In this document: positions 1 to 11,550 of the stretch, piece by piece | Position numbering within the stretch: position 1 is the stretch's first letter | Layout: each line of letters starts with the position of its first letter | DNA from: Octopus sinensis | Lineage: Eukaryota | Direction of reading: 5' to 3' | Length of the DNA stretch: 64,000 nucleotides | NCBI RefSeq assembly: GCF_006345805.1 | Contig: NC_043002.1 | Coordinates: forward strand, 119,040,001-119,104,000 | The notes under the pieces: generated by a model | What the model was told of the DNA's origin: nothing | What the model saw: the letters and a program-made list of their open reading frames with translations, nothing else | Databases searched by the model: none | Translations under genes and position numbers: made by a program

Positions 1-2
1 GT

Positions 3-665
3 ACCTGTACAGAACTAGTTGATGAAGATTTTTGTTGGACAGCTGACTTGTGTATATCTATAACTGTAAGGCGACGAGCTGGCAGAAACATTAGCGCGCC
101 GGGCGAAATGTTTAGCGGTATTTCGTCTGCCGCTATGTTCTGAGTTCAAATTCTGCTGAGGTCGACTTTGCCTTTCACCCTTTCAGGGTCGATAAATAAA
201 GTACCAGTTTCGCACTTGGGTCGATGTAATCGACTTAATCCGTTTGTCTGTCCTTGTTTGTCCCCCCTATGTTTAGCCCCTTGTGGGCAGTAAAGAAATA
301 TATAACTGTTTATCTACAAGAGGGTATCATTAACAAGTTCTTGCTTGGCTCTCAAGCAGAGCCCTGCATAACGTATGTGCTCCTCTCAAATGACATCAGT
401 GACTTTGAGAAGTCTGCTAAACAGTCCTTGTTTGGTCAGATACTTTTCCAGGAGATATTCAAAATGGCACATTGGTGTGAATATCATCAGATTTTGCCTT
501 TGGGTGTTAGGTGAGTGTTTAAGCAGTGAACCCACACATAGCACACTGATTCCTCAGATGCACAAAAGAAATTTCTTTTCAGCTTGCCTGGTAGTGATGG
601 CATCAAGAACACATCATGCTTTTACGAGACAAACTTAGTGATAAGTAAATATAAATATATTACTT
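3..665 (+). pseudogene. Candidate antisense spliced ORF of unknown identity, interrupted by a SINE
   Basis: Removing the SINE and one TSD copy leaves an open frame from 3 to 510, then a GTGAGT donor, a 72-nt intron ending tttcttttcag, and an in-frame continuation to TAA. No family recognised. Confidence 0.25.
68..300 (+). mobile_element. tRNA-derived SINE, family A
   Basis: A-box TGGCAGAAACATTAG, B-box GTTCAAATTC; 9-bp TSD tataactgt at 59-67 and 301-309. Confidence 0.88.
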
Positions 666-899
666 AAGATTTTTCACATCATCTAGTTTACTATTGATTG
701 CTTAACAAAAAAAATAAAGTTAGTCAAGAGAAGGGGAAGAAGAGGAGAAACAATGCTCCTCAGCTTCACAGGTTCTTCCAGACTAGTGAGATTGATGTAA
801 CTGATGTATAGTCTGAAATCTGAGCATCCTACTACTATTAGTAAGAAAAACTTGGGTGGAGAGAGAAGATGAGGGTTATAACCTAAATTACATACAATA

Positions 900-1240
900 G
901 AGTTGCCAGCTTCGCCTGGCCCCCGTGCTGGTGGCACGTAAAAAGCACCATCCGATCGTGGCCGTTGCCAGCCTCGCCTGACCCCCATGCCGGTGGCACG
1001 TAAAAAGCACCATCCGTCCGTGGCCGTTTGCCAGCTCCGTCTGGCTCCTGTGCGGGTGGCACGTAAAAAGCACCCACTACACTCATGGAGTGGTTGGCGT
1101 TAGGAAGGGCATCCAGCCGTAGAAACACTGGCAGATCAGACTCGGCCTGATGCAGCCTTCTGGCTTCACAGACCCCAGTTGAACCGTCCAACCCATGCTA
1201 GCATGGAAAGCGGACGCTAAATGATGATGATGATGATGAC
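900..1240 (+). mobile_element. RTE 3'-end derived element, family C
   Basis: GTGGCACGTAAAAAGCACC units, ttaggaagggcatccag core, (GAT)n tail. Confidence 0.85.
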
Positions 1241-1438
1241 GAGAGTGAACTTCATTAATGGCACCAGCTAAAAAGCTAATCCTGATTTCAAATATTTAAG
1301 TCTTTTGTACAAAATCAAGGAAGGTAATCAAAATATAATTAAACAGATACTCTGAGTCTACTGAAACAGTTTCTATATTCTGGAAATTTGCTGCTCAGAA
1401 ATTAATGGAAAAATAGAATCAGGATGGAAGTTACTTAC

Positions 1439-1535
1439 ATTTATTTGTCCCACCAACTAGGATTTCTTTGCAACGACAAGATCTCTGGAGAAAGCAGTTG
1501 GCAGCAAAAGCTATTTCTGGCCCAAATCTGAAAGA
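1439..1535 (-). CDS. FBH1: FBH1 coding exon 12 (motif IV); gene continues beyond the left edge
   Basis: tgtttttcag acceptor, SFRFGPEIAFAANCFLQRSCRCKEILVGGTNK, donor T|gtaagt. A possible next acceptor (ttctgtacag) lies at positions 5-14. Confidence 0.93.
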
Positions 1536-1595
1536 CTGAAAAACAGAAAGAAACACAGAAAAATTAAAATGTGGTCTTAAAACCATTATTAACTT

Positions 1596-1973
1596 GTTAT
1601 GGAAGCACTCCGTCGGTTACGACGACGAGGGTTCCGGTTGATCCGATAAACGGAACAGCCTGCTCATGAAATTAACGTGTAAGTGGCTGAGCACTCCACA
1701 GACACGTGTACCCTTAACGCAGTTCTCGGGGATATTCAGCGTGACACAGAGAGTGACAAGGCCGGCCCTTAGAAATACAGGTACAACAGAAACAGAGTGA
1801 GAGAAAGTTGTGGTGAAAGAGTACAGCAGGGATCACCACCATCCCCTGCCGGAGCGTCGTGGAGCTTTAGGTGTTTTCGCTCAATAAACACTGACAATGC
1901 CCGGTCTGGGAATCGAAACTGCGATCCTACAACCGCGAGTCCGCTGCCCTAACCACTGGGCCATTGCGCTTCC
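1596..1973 (-). mobile_element. tRNA-derived SINE, family B
   Basis: A/B-box head on the minus strand; 14-bp TSD accattattaactt at 1582-1595 and 1974-1987. Confidence 0.9.
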
Positions 1974-2120
1974 ACCATTATTAACTTAGTGAATATTTGA
2001 ATAGTAAGGTCTTTTAGTGTATGATAAAAATGCCAGTACAGCAGTTTCTCATATTATTAATGTTATTTTGGGAGTATTTTTTGCAGATTAATTTTCCAGA
2101 AAGACAATGATGCTACTTAC

Positions 2121-2257
2121 TTGAGTAAGGTAGAATATTTGGTTTGCTTCAATACTTTGCATGGCATTAATTGCACCACGAAATGCATAAATTTGTTGAT
2201 TTGGGTCTCCGACTAGAATTTTAGCCTGTGGCTGTGACAACAATATGTCAGCAATAG
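2121..2257 (-). CDS. FBH1: FBH1 coding exon 11 (motif III)
   Basis: tgttacag acceptor, (A)[45 protein letters not shown], donor CAA|gtaagt. Confidence 0.94.
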
Positions 2258-2465
2258 CTGTAACAAAAATTTTAACTTTATAAGACTTAGAAAACCTGTA
2301 ACAGGCACAGTGTTAAACCTACTGTCAAAACATAAAATCTACAAGCCTGATCTTAAAGCTTAACAGATCTTAAATCTTAACACAAGACTCCATTCTCACT
2401 TCTTTGCTGGTAAGTGTTAAGACAAATATAAGCATTTGTACAATTTTGCCTTTCATCCTTTGGAA

Positions 2466-2720
2466 TCATCATCATCATCATCCTCACAATCATTTAATGT
2501 CTGTTTTCTATGCTGGAATGGACTGAATGGTTTGACAAGAGTTGACCAGGCTCCGTTCCTGATTTGGCATGGTTTCTATGGCTGGATTTCTTTCCTAATG
2601 CCGACCACTTTACAGAGTGTGCTGGGTCCTTTTTAAGTGACACTGGTACAGATGTTTTTATGTGGTGCCAGCACATGTGCTTTTAACATGGCATTAGCAT
2701 GAGTGCTTTTTATGTGGTGC
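2466..2720 (-). mobile_element. Degenerate family C copy
   Basis: (CAT)n followed by a diverged family C core. Confidence 0.65.
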
Positions 2721-2900
2721 CAGGTCAGGCCATAAAGGATTTGCCTATAGGCATACATGTTCACAGACAAGATATGCAGTAGTCAATGTGAATGAACATA
2801 TCCTAGAATGCAGTATCCAGTACAGCCACAAGCCAATGACTGAAATTAGTAAAATAATAAAATGATCATAAAAACCTAGCCTTTTCCATGCAGCTAAGAT

Positions 2901-3547
2901 TCTAAGAATGCTCCTTCTTGATTAACTTCAGAATAGCACCTGTATGTATCTTTTTACCTTTTATCTTTTACTTGTTTCAGTCATTGGACTGTGGCCCCTG
3001 CTGGGACACCACCATGAAGGGTTTTAGTTAAACAGATTGACCCCCAGTACTTATTTTCAAGTCTGGTGCTTATTGTATCGATTTTGTTACCCAAAAAGCT
3101 AAACAAACCAACATCGGTTGTCAAGCAGTGGTGGGGAGCAAAGACATACATGCACACATACACACACACATATGACAGGATCATTTCCATCTACAAATTC
3201 ACTCACACAGCATTGGTCAACCCAGGGCTGTAGCAGAAGACATTTGCCGAAGTGCTACACTTTGTGACTAAACCCAGAAAAGTAACTGAAAATAACAATG
3301 ACAAATGATGCACAATAAAGGAGAAGCTCAGCCAAGACAAAACAGTGATAATGTCTTGGTCAAAGCCATTTTTACTTCAGTCATGTCAGACTTTCTTATT
3401 GTCTGATGTGCATGACTTTGTGCATAGTAATGAAAAATCCATTCTGGGTTTAGTCACAAAGTGTAGCACTTCGGCAAATGTCTTCTGCTACAGCCCTGGG
3501 TTGACCAATGCTGTGTGAGTGAATTTGTAGATGGAAATGAACCTGTC

Positions 3548-3587
<40 letters not shown>

Positions 3588-4001
3588 ATGTCTTTGCTCC
3601 CCACCACTGCTTGACAACTGATGTTGGTTTGTTTAGCTTTTTGGGAAACAAAATCGATACAATAAGCACCAGACTTGAAAATAAGTACTGGGGGTCAATC
3701 TGTTTAACTAAAACCCTTCATGGTGGTGTCCCAGCAGGGGCCACAGACCAATGACTGAAACAAGTAAAATATAAAAGGTAAAAAGATACATACACTCACG
3801 GAGTGGTTGGCGTTAGGAAGGGCATCCAGCTGTAGAAACATTGCCAGATAAGACTGGAGCCTGGTGCAGCCTCCTGGCTTCCCAGATCCCTGGTCGAACC
3901 GTCCAACCCATGCTAGCATGGAAAGCAGATGTTAAACAATGATGATGATGATGATGATACAGGTGCTATTCTGAAGTTAATCAAGAAGGAGCATTCTTAG
4001 A
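2901..4001. repeat. Local inverted duplication (arms 2901-3289 and 3442-4001)
   Basis: Near-identical reverse-complement arms that include non-SINE flank; right arm interrupted by a family C copy. Confidence 0.92.
3794..3956 (+). mobile_element. Short family C copy inserted in the right arm of the inverted duplication
   Basis: Absent from the left arm; (GAT)n tail; atac duplicated at the junctions. Confidence 0.85.
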
Positions 4002-4271
4002 TTGGCAAACAGAACACTGACTGCAAAAATCACCATCATTACTGTCACTATTTAACATCTGTTTTTCCATACATTCATGGGTCGGTTGATTTGAGAGGAG
4101 CTGATGATCTGGAGGACTGTACCAAGCTCATCTGCTTTGGCATGGTTAGAGGGGTAAAGGAATGCAGTGAGTAGTGAACACAGATAGAGGGAAAAGGGTG
4201 CAATGAAGATGAATTGTAGGGGAAAGATTCGACAGGCACAGGTTGTGTGCAGGGGCATATCATTGAGGAAA

Positions 4272-4664
4272 TCTTTATATATAAAAGTGAAGTTGTGTGT
4301 CTGTCTCCTACGATTTAGATTCCTAACTAATCCCACATTTTGAGGTGCAGTTTAACCAAAACCGGGTATCTTATAGTCATGATTCATATTGAGCCCTTCT
4401 GGGTATTAGCGCGCGTCTACGATGAGTCTACGATTTAAAAAAAAATTTACCATCAATTTTTCCCATTTTAATGCATTTTTGGCATATATAAGGGAAGTAA
4501 CTCTCTAAAAATGTATTATTAAATCTCAGAACGTAAAAAGCTACAGTAACCCCCCCCCCTTTGTGGTTAGCCATATTGAGATGGCTATTATACTTTACAT
4601 CTCTAAAAATGCTTATATAGTTATTTCCCTTACAAACCCGAGCAACGCCGGGCGATACTGCTAG
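4272..4664 (+). mobile_element. Non-autonomous Helitron (H1)
   Basis: A|TC start, CTAG|T end, subterminal hairpin CCCG-AGCAACGC-CGGG, no TSD. Confidence 0.88.
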
Positions 4665-4685
4665 TAATATATATAAAATAGTAAC

Positions 4686-4878
4686 CTGGAGTGAGATCTT
4701 GAGCTTCATCCACCAAAATGACATCATAGGAACCCAGTTTTGGTCTACTTAGTTGGAAAAGCTTCAAATATCCATCATGTGTCATTTTAACGGTGGTCTC
4801 ATCAATATCTATCATTTTATCCCAATACTGCTGGGCATCTTTCAGGCATTCTTCAGGGTCCACATTGCCTTGGAAAGT
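4686..4878 (-). CDS. FBH1: FBH1 coding exon 10 (Walker B)
   Basis: ctatttcag acceptor, ...MTHDGYLKLFQLSRPKLGSYDVILVDEAQDLTP, donor G|gttact. Confidence 0.94.
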
Positions 4879-4954
4879 CTGAAATAGATAAATTTTAAGC
4901 ACTTGGAATAAAAGACAACAAAGGACATTAAACAAAGCTTTACAGAAAAGACAA

Positions 4955-5168
4955 CTCTTTTACTTGTTTCAGTCATTTGACTGCGGCCATGCTGGAGCAC
5001 CGCCTTTAGTCGAGCAACTCGACCCCGGGACTTATTCTTTTGTAAGCCCAGTACTTATTCTATCGGTCTCTTTTGCCGAACCGCTAAGTGACGGGGACAT
5101 AAACACACCAGCATCGGTTGTCAAGCAATGCTAGGGGGACAAACACAGACACACAAACACACACACGC

Positions 5169-5201
<33 letters not shown>

Positions 5202-5355
5202 TACGACGGGCTTCTTTCAGTTTCCGTCTACCAAATCCACTCACAAGTTTTGGTCGGCTCGAGGCGATAGAAGAAGACACTTGCCCAAGGTGCCACGCAG
5301 TGGGACTGAACCTGGAACCATGTGGTTGGTAGACAAGCTACTTACCACACAGCCA
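4955..5355 (-). mobile_element. tRNA-derived SINE with internal microsatellite, family D
   Basis: tRNA-like head, ccttgggcaagtg core, internal (TA)n(TG)n; about 19 copies in the window. Confidence 0.85.
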
Positions 5356-5721
5356 CATCATTTCCATTATCATAATGCTTCTCGGCCTTACAGGCCAAGC
5401 TTAATATCAAAATTTCATTATCATAAATATCTTCATCAAAACTATTTGCCAATAATATCATGAACACAATACGAATGTTGGAAGTTTTTCCACGCCAGAG
5501 AAATGTTAGAGAGTCTAAGGGAGATAATTCTTCCATGCAATTTTATTTTTAACTTTCCACGTGCAAAATTAAATTTGATGGTTATTCAAGTAATAATGTT
5601 AAATACCTCCCAAGGACAAAAAAAAAAAAAAAGGTATTTGTGTTTTCTTCAAGTTACATAGACTAAATAGATTCGACATGTCTCAACACTAAACATTCCT
5701 CAAGAAAAGATAGATTGGTAT

Positions 5722-6107
5722 ACTCTTTTACCTGTTTCAGCCATTTGACTGCGGCCATGCTGGAGCACCGCCTTTAGTCGAGCAACTCGACCCCGGGACT
5801 TATTCTTTGTAAGCCCAGTACTTATTCTATCGGTCTCTTTTGCCGAACCGCTAAGTAACGGGGACATAAACACACCAGCATCGGTTGTCAAGCAATGCTA
5901 GGGGGACAAACACACATACATACATATATACATATACATATATACGACAGGCTTCTTTCAGTTTCCGTCTACCAAATCCATTCACAAGGCTTTGGTCAGC
6001 CTGAGGCTATAATAGAAGACACTTGCCCAAGGTACCACGTAGTGGGACTGAACCCAGAACCATGTGGTTGGTAAACAAGCTACTTACCACACAGCCACTC
6101 CTGCGCT
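5722..6107 (-). mobile_element. SINE family D
   Basis: Full-length match to the other family D copies. Confidence 0.85.
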
Positions 6108-6329
6108 TATAAACTTCTCACAGTAAAAGAGTTAAGGAACTTCGACACAATGTGGCAAAGTTGTACCTTTAAATGTGTGTGTATGCGCGCTAGTGTGTGT
6201 ATAGATAGATAGATAGATCTATAGATAACGATGGAAATAAACAAATAAAGAAGCTTGGGCTTGATATAAAAAATACACACACACACACATATATATACAT
6301 GTAAATAGAGAAATATAGATTGAAAATAT

Positions 6330-6464
6330 TCAGACCAACCACATGGTTCCGGGTTCAGTTCCACTGTGTGGCACCTTGGGCAAGTGTCTTCTACTATAGC
6401 CCCGGGCCGACCAAAGCCTTGTGAGTGGATTTGGTAGACGGAAACTGAAAAGAAGCCCGTCGTA

Positions 6465-6509
<45 letters not shown>

Positions 6510-6710
6510 CTGTGTTTGTCCCCCTAGCATTGCTTGACAACCGATGCTGGTGTGTTTATGTCCCTGTTACTTAGCGGTTCGGCAAAAGAGACCGATAGAA
6601 TAAGTACTGGGCTTACAAAAGAATAAGTCCCGAGGTCGAGTTGCTCGATTGAAGGCGGTGCTCCAGTATGGCCGCAGTCAAAATGACTGAAACAAGTAAA
6701 AGAGAGAGAG
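6330..6710 (+). mobile_element. SINE family D (5'-truncated)
   Basis: Inverted relative to 5722-6107. Confidence 0.85.
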
Positions 6711-6820
6711 AGACAATGAATATTCATGTAAAAATATATATATTTATATATTATCAGAGCATATTTACACACAGTACAAACAGACAGAAAACTAAGAGGG
6801 GAAGGTATGTTGTTACAGGT

Positions 6821-6945
6821 CCGACAGCTGTTTCTGGGGGTTTGGAATTATGTAATAATGTTGGCAGATGGAGTCTGTACAAGAATATGCAACGAATAAT
6901 GGATGCATATAAACACCACAGAAAATCTGGCCTCCGTCTTCAGGG
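6821..6945 (-). ncRNA. Degenerate Penelope-type hammerhead ribozyme motif
   Basis: CTGAAGA ... GAAAC-AGCT-GTC on the minus strand, downstream of a pyrimidine-rich pLTR-like stretch (6945-7250). Confidence 0.45.
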
Positions 6946-7261
6946 TGGAGAGATCGGTATCTAACATTTCAAAATCATAATGTAGGAAAATTTAAAGGTA
7001 GAATGGAGAAGAGGAAGGTCAACAGAGGTGGAGGGAGGAATAGGTAACTGATTGTGAGTGTGTGTGTGTGTGGGGGGGGGTAGTGTTAAAATAAAGGACA
7101 AGAAGAAATAAGAGAGACAGAGTAGGAAGAGGGAGAGAGTTAGTGACCAAGGTACATTGAGAGATGTAGAAGTGGTGAGTTGAGAGACTCTTGTGGAATG
7201 TGACCAAATGAGGTTTATTTTCAACACAGTTCCCCTTGTGGTCCACACACTTCCTACTTAT

Positions 7262-8715
7262 TAAGCCTGGTTTTAACTAGGTTGACGCTAAGGCCCTTCG
7301 ATTCTAATCCTTGCTTCCACACCTGAAACTTCTTCTCTAGTTCTGATAGTCACTCAGCAATTAGAGCAAGGTCATCAGCATATAGGAGCTCCCAGGGGCA
7401 TCCTGTCTTGAATTCCTCCGTTATTGTTTGGAGGACTATGATAAATAGGAAGGGGCTGAGGACTGAACCTTGGTGGACCCCAACGTCTACCCTGAATTCT
7501 TTAGTGTACTCGTTGCTAACCCTCACCTTACTGACAGCGTCCCTGTACATGGCTTGCACAACTCTCACTAACTATTCATCTATCCTTAGTTTCTGCAATG
7601 ACCACCAGATAAGGGATCGGGAGACCCTGTCAAAGGCTTTCTCCATGTCAACAAAAGCCAGATACAGGGGCTTATCTTTGGCTTGGTATTTCTCCTGCAG
7701 CTGTCTTACCAGAAATTTAGCATCAGTGGTGCTTTTCCCTGGCACAAACCCAAACTGCATCTCGTCTAGACTGAGTCTCTCCCTAATTAGTTAGGCTACA
7801 ACCCTCTCCATGACTTTCAATACCTGATCCAACAGCTTGATACCTCTGTAATTATTTGTATCTAATGTGTCACCTTTACCTTTGTAGCAGTTGACTATGG
7901 TGCTGCTACACCAGTCATTGGGTATGACTCCTTCATGTATCACCTGGTTAACTATACGGGTGACTAGGCTATAGCTGACACTGCCAGATATTTTGAGCAT
8001 CTCTGTAGTGATTCCTGATGGGCCGGGGGCTTTCCCTGTCTTCATACCCTTAATTGCTTTATCTACCAAGGCACAGTCAATTCGGATAGCTGGTCCCTCT
8101 GTTGGGTTGGCATTCAGCAGGCTCTCTTTCTCCCATTCATTCTCTTTATTTAGCAACCTTTCATAGTGGCATCTCCATACCTTTCACTTTGCAGCCTCAT
8201 TTAATGCAAGTGAACCATCATCCATGCAGACACATTTCTCTCCTATGACATCACGATTCTCTCTCACACACTGTCTTGTAACATGAAATACCTCAAGTCT
8301 TTGGTCCTCACGGTGCAGAACATTGGCAAATATTTTCTTATCTGCTTCCCCTCTGGCTAGTCTCCTAGCTTCCATTCTGGCAGTCTGGTACCATGTTGTC
8401 CGACATGTCCATTGAAATCACCAGCCACAAAGAGAAGGTCCCTGTCATTCATCAACAAGGTTGTCAGCAAGAGGGTGTCATAAAATCTGTCTTTCTGTCC
8501 ATGAGGCAGCCCCAGCTGAGGGACATAGGCCGAGATAATGGTTGCTAACCCACAACGTAGTACTAATCTAATCTTAAGTATTCTATCGCAGACTCTGACT
8601 ACCTCGATTACCTTATCGACTTATTTCTCTGCAAGAAGTATACCCACGCCCCTGACCCCATCAGATCTTGTATCTATGCTCTTTGCCTGTGGGGAACCTA
8701 GCAGAACCTCCTCTC
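7262..8715 (-). mobile_element. RTE-clade LINE fragment (APE endonuclease plus RT, internally deleted)
   Basis: GVGILLAEK...SAYVPQ...FVAGDFNGHVG (8395-8715); GKAPGPSG, QFGFVPGKSTTDA, QGSVLSP, YADD; stops present. Confidence 0.92.
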
Positions 8716-8744
8716 CACCTTATGCATACATAAGTATATATGCA

Positions 8745-8810
8745 CACACACATATATATATATACATATATATATATTATACATATATATATATATATAT
8801 ATATACATAT

Positions 8811-8841
<31 letters not shown>

Positions 8842-8915
8842 TATATATATATATATGTATATATATATATGTATATATATATATGTATATATATATATAC
8901 ATATATATATATATA

Positions 8916-8954
<39 letters not shown>

Positions 8955-8960
8955 TATATA

Positions 8961-9057
<97 letters not shown>

Positions 9058-9060
9058 TAA
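8745..9060. repeat. (TA)n microsatellite
   Basis: Directly visible. Confidence 0.97.
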
Positions 9061-9314
9061 AATTATAATTTAGGGTATCTAAGAGACACCACCACGCTGG
9101 AAATAGCAGTCAAAACCTGACTCTAAAACCATATTAAATGTTCATACAGCACCAGGAGAGTTCTTCTCTCTTAGATACCCTAAATTATAATTTTAATAGT
9201 AATTATTACCTTTGAAGGTTTTTATTCCCATGCTTGCCACTTGATAAGATTGATATTTAAATTAACGATCTTATCCTTATTTATATAAATTTATATATAT
9301 ATATATATATTATA

Positions 9315-9709
9315 CTAGCAGTATCGCCCGGCGTTGCTCGGGTTGTAAGGGAAATAACTATATAAGCAGTTTTAGAGAGTTATAGCCAAAAAATAGCAAA
9401 AAAATGCATTAAAAATTGAAAAAAAATTAAGGTAAATTTTTTTTTTAAATCGTTGACACATCGTAGATATTTTTAGAGAGTTACTTCCCTTATATAAAAG
9501 CGAAAAAATGCATTAAAATGGAAAAATATGATGGTAATTTTTTTTTAAATCGTAGACTCATCGTAGACGCACGCTAATACCCAGAAGGGCTCGATATGAA
9601 TCACGACTATAAGATACCCGCTTTTGGTTAAACTGCACCGCAAAATGTGGGAGTAGTTACGAATCTAAATCGTAGGAGACAGACACACAACTTCACTCTT
9701 ATATAAAGA
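9315..9709 (-). mobile_element. Non-autonomous Helitron (H2)
   Basis: Same termini and hairpin as H1, reverse orientation. Confidence 0.88.
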
Positions 9710-10734
9710 TGCTTTTTTTTTTCAGTCATAGAGTTAGATTTATGAAGGTCTTCAGTAGAAAATCCTTCGAATTCTGACTCGCTGCTTGATATAATGAAAT
9801 TCGTATCCATTTTTTGTCAGAATTACAAGTTTTGAAAACACAATAGGAACAAATTTCGGAAAAAAATCTCCCATAATTCACGGAATTAAAATTACACTTC
9901 GATTTTTGTACAAAACTGTATTTGAAGTGTTTACGAAGTATAATACGTGTTTTCACGAATGTACTAAAGAGATTTACTCTGATATTCTCATTTAAATATG
10001 AATAGGTAAATTCGAGCGGTTTGGTAACGAAAGGTTTATATAAGTGTCGTCTGTTTATACATAAACACTGTTTCATACTTTCAGTTTAGTCTTCCTCAAA
10101 TCACTCTGTCGCTATTTACTCTCTTCCAAGAACATTTTCACTCACTCTTATCTGTTAGCTTGCCATACATTTTACTCATGTATCTATCAGCGTGATAGAC
10201 AGAAACAAATATTACATCTAGTTTCACTTTATTCGTTGCACACTGTGTGTGTGCGTTTGCGTGTGCTGTAAACCAGACTAAGAAAAGCATTTGACATACA
10301 CACCAGAATGTGAGTTTTCTGTAAATTTTGCTTAATTGGAGTTTAAATTTTAAAAACTGGACCTGGCAAAACCCGATGCATTCTACTCTTAAAAATGCTA
10401 GGTAAATTGTAATTGAAGAAATCCTATATTGTAGATTTCTATAACTGACAAAGGGAGGCAGATAAAATCTGCTTTTATAATAAGAGATATATATATATGT
10501 GTGTGTGTGTGTGTGCATACATATCATATATATGTACATGTATAAATCCAGTAAGTGGTATTTATCCACTTGCTTATTTACTTTATATAAAATCTGAGCT
10601 GCTTTACGTGCTCTGAAGACGGTGACATTATGGCTGAAAGCTCAGTTAAGCATTCTTCCAATACTGAGCATATAAGCTGTTATGAGAATATAAATATCAC
10701 AAGACAAACTTATTTCCCCTTGGGGTTCAGAGAC

Positions 10735-10935
10735 AGTCTCGCTAGTGCTGGGGGCATGGAAAAAAGGCACCCAGTTCATGCTGTAAGATGGTTGTCTTTA
10801 GGAAGGGCATCCAGCTGTAGAAACCAGGCCAAAGCAGACACTGGAGCTTGATGCAATCTTTGGGTCCATGAGATCTGGTCAAACTATCCAACACATGCCA
10901 GTATGGAATATAGATGCTAAATGATGATGATGAAG
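10735..10935 (+). mobile_element. Degenerate family C copy
   Basis: taggaagggcatccagctgtagaaac core and (GAT)n tail. Confidence 0.7.
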
Positions 10936-11047
10936 GTGATTATTATTATTTTCAAATCATTTGTTCAACCATACATGTATGCATAATTGTGAATGTGTGA
11001 AATTCTAAAGATAGAAAACAAAATAGTTTAGTATTGAATCTACCAAC

Positions 11048-11249
11048 CTCTATGTACGTTGTCGTATTCATAAAATCACTGATGTGTTCATTGGTTATTT
11101 TTGGATCTTTTGAAGTCAAGAATTTCTCTAGTATGAACAGTACCATTCTGGCCCTTAGAGTATGGCTTTTATTATTAACACATGGAAGAGCTGATTCAAC
11201 ATCTCTGACTTTAGGAGTCCCGGGATGAAGTTTCTGGTTTATTGCATAC
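11048..11249 (-). CDS. FBH1: FBH1 coding exon 9
   Basis: tgttgcag acceptor, YAINQKLHPG...RARMVLFILEKFLTSKDPKITNEHISDFMNTTTYIE, donor GAG|gttggt; phases 2/0. Confidence 0.87.
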
Positions 11250-11373
11250 CTGCAACATAAATTTAATGAATTTATTCATTATCTATGTAATTCAATTAAT
11301 ATGTTGATTGAATGTCTGAATGTCTAGAGTAGTGGATAATGTAAGTAAGATTTTGTTATTATTTTAATAAGAA

Positions 11374-11550
11374 AGGTAGTGAGTTGGCAGAATCATTAGC
11401 AGGCTCCACAAAATGTTTAGTGGCATTTCATCCATCTTCACATTTTGAATTCAAATTCTGCTAAGGTTGACTTTGCCCTTCATCCTTACAAGGGTTCATG
11501 TAATTAACTAGCCCCGTCCCTCAAAATTTCAGGCCTTGTGTCTATAGTAT
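11374..11550 (+). mobile_element. Older SINE related to family A (family G)
   Basis: Diverged A/B-box head and gactttgcccttcatcc core. Confidence 0.65.

Noticed and set aside
683-1191. Recurrent GAFYVPPA / MLGGQTQT / VVIPAVLF peptides across the ORF track
   Set aside because: Chance translations of families C, D and B; they recur only because the repeats do.
9628-10490. SSSESEFEGF peptide and a Helitron-like TC start at about 10487
   Set aside because: The ORF is partly made of Helitron H2 sequence; no matching second terminus found, so the element cannot be classified.
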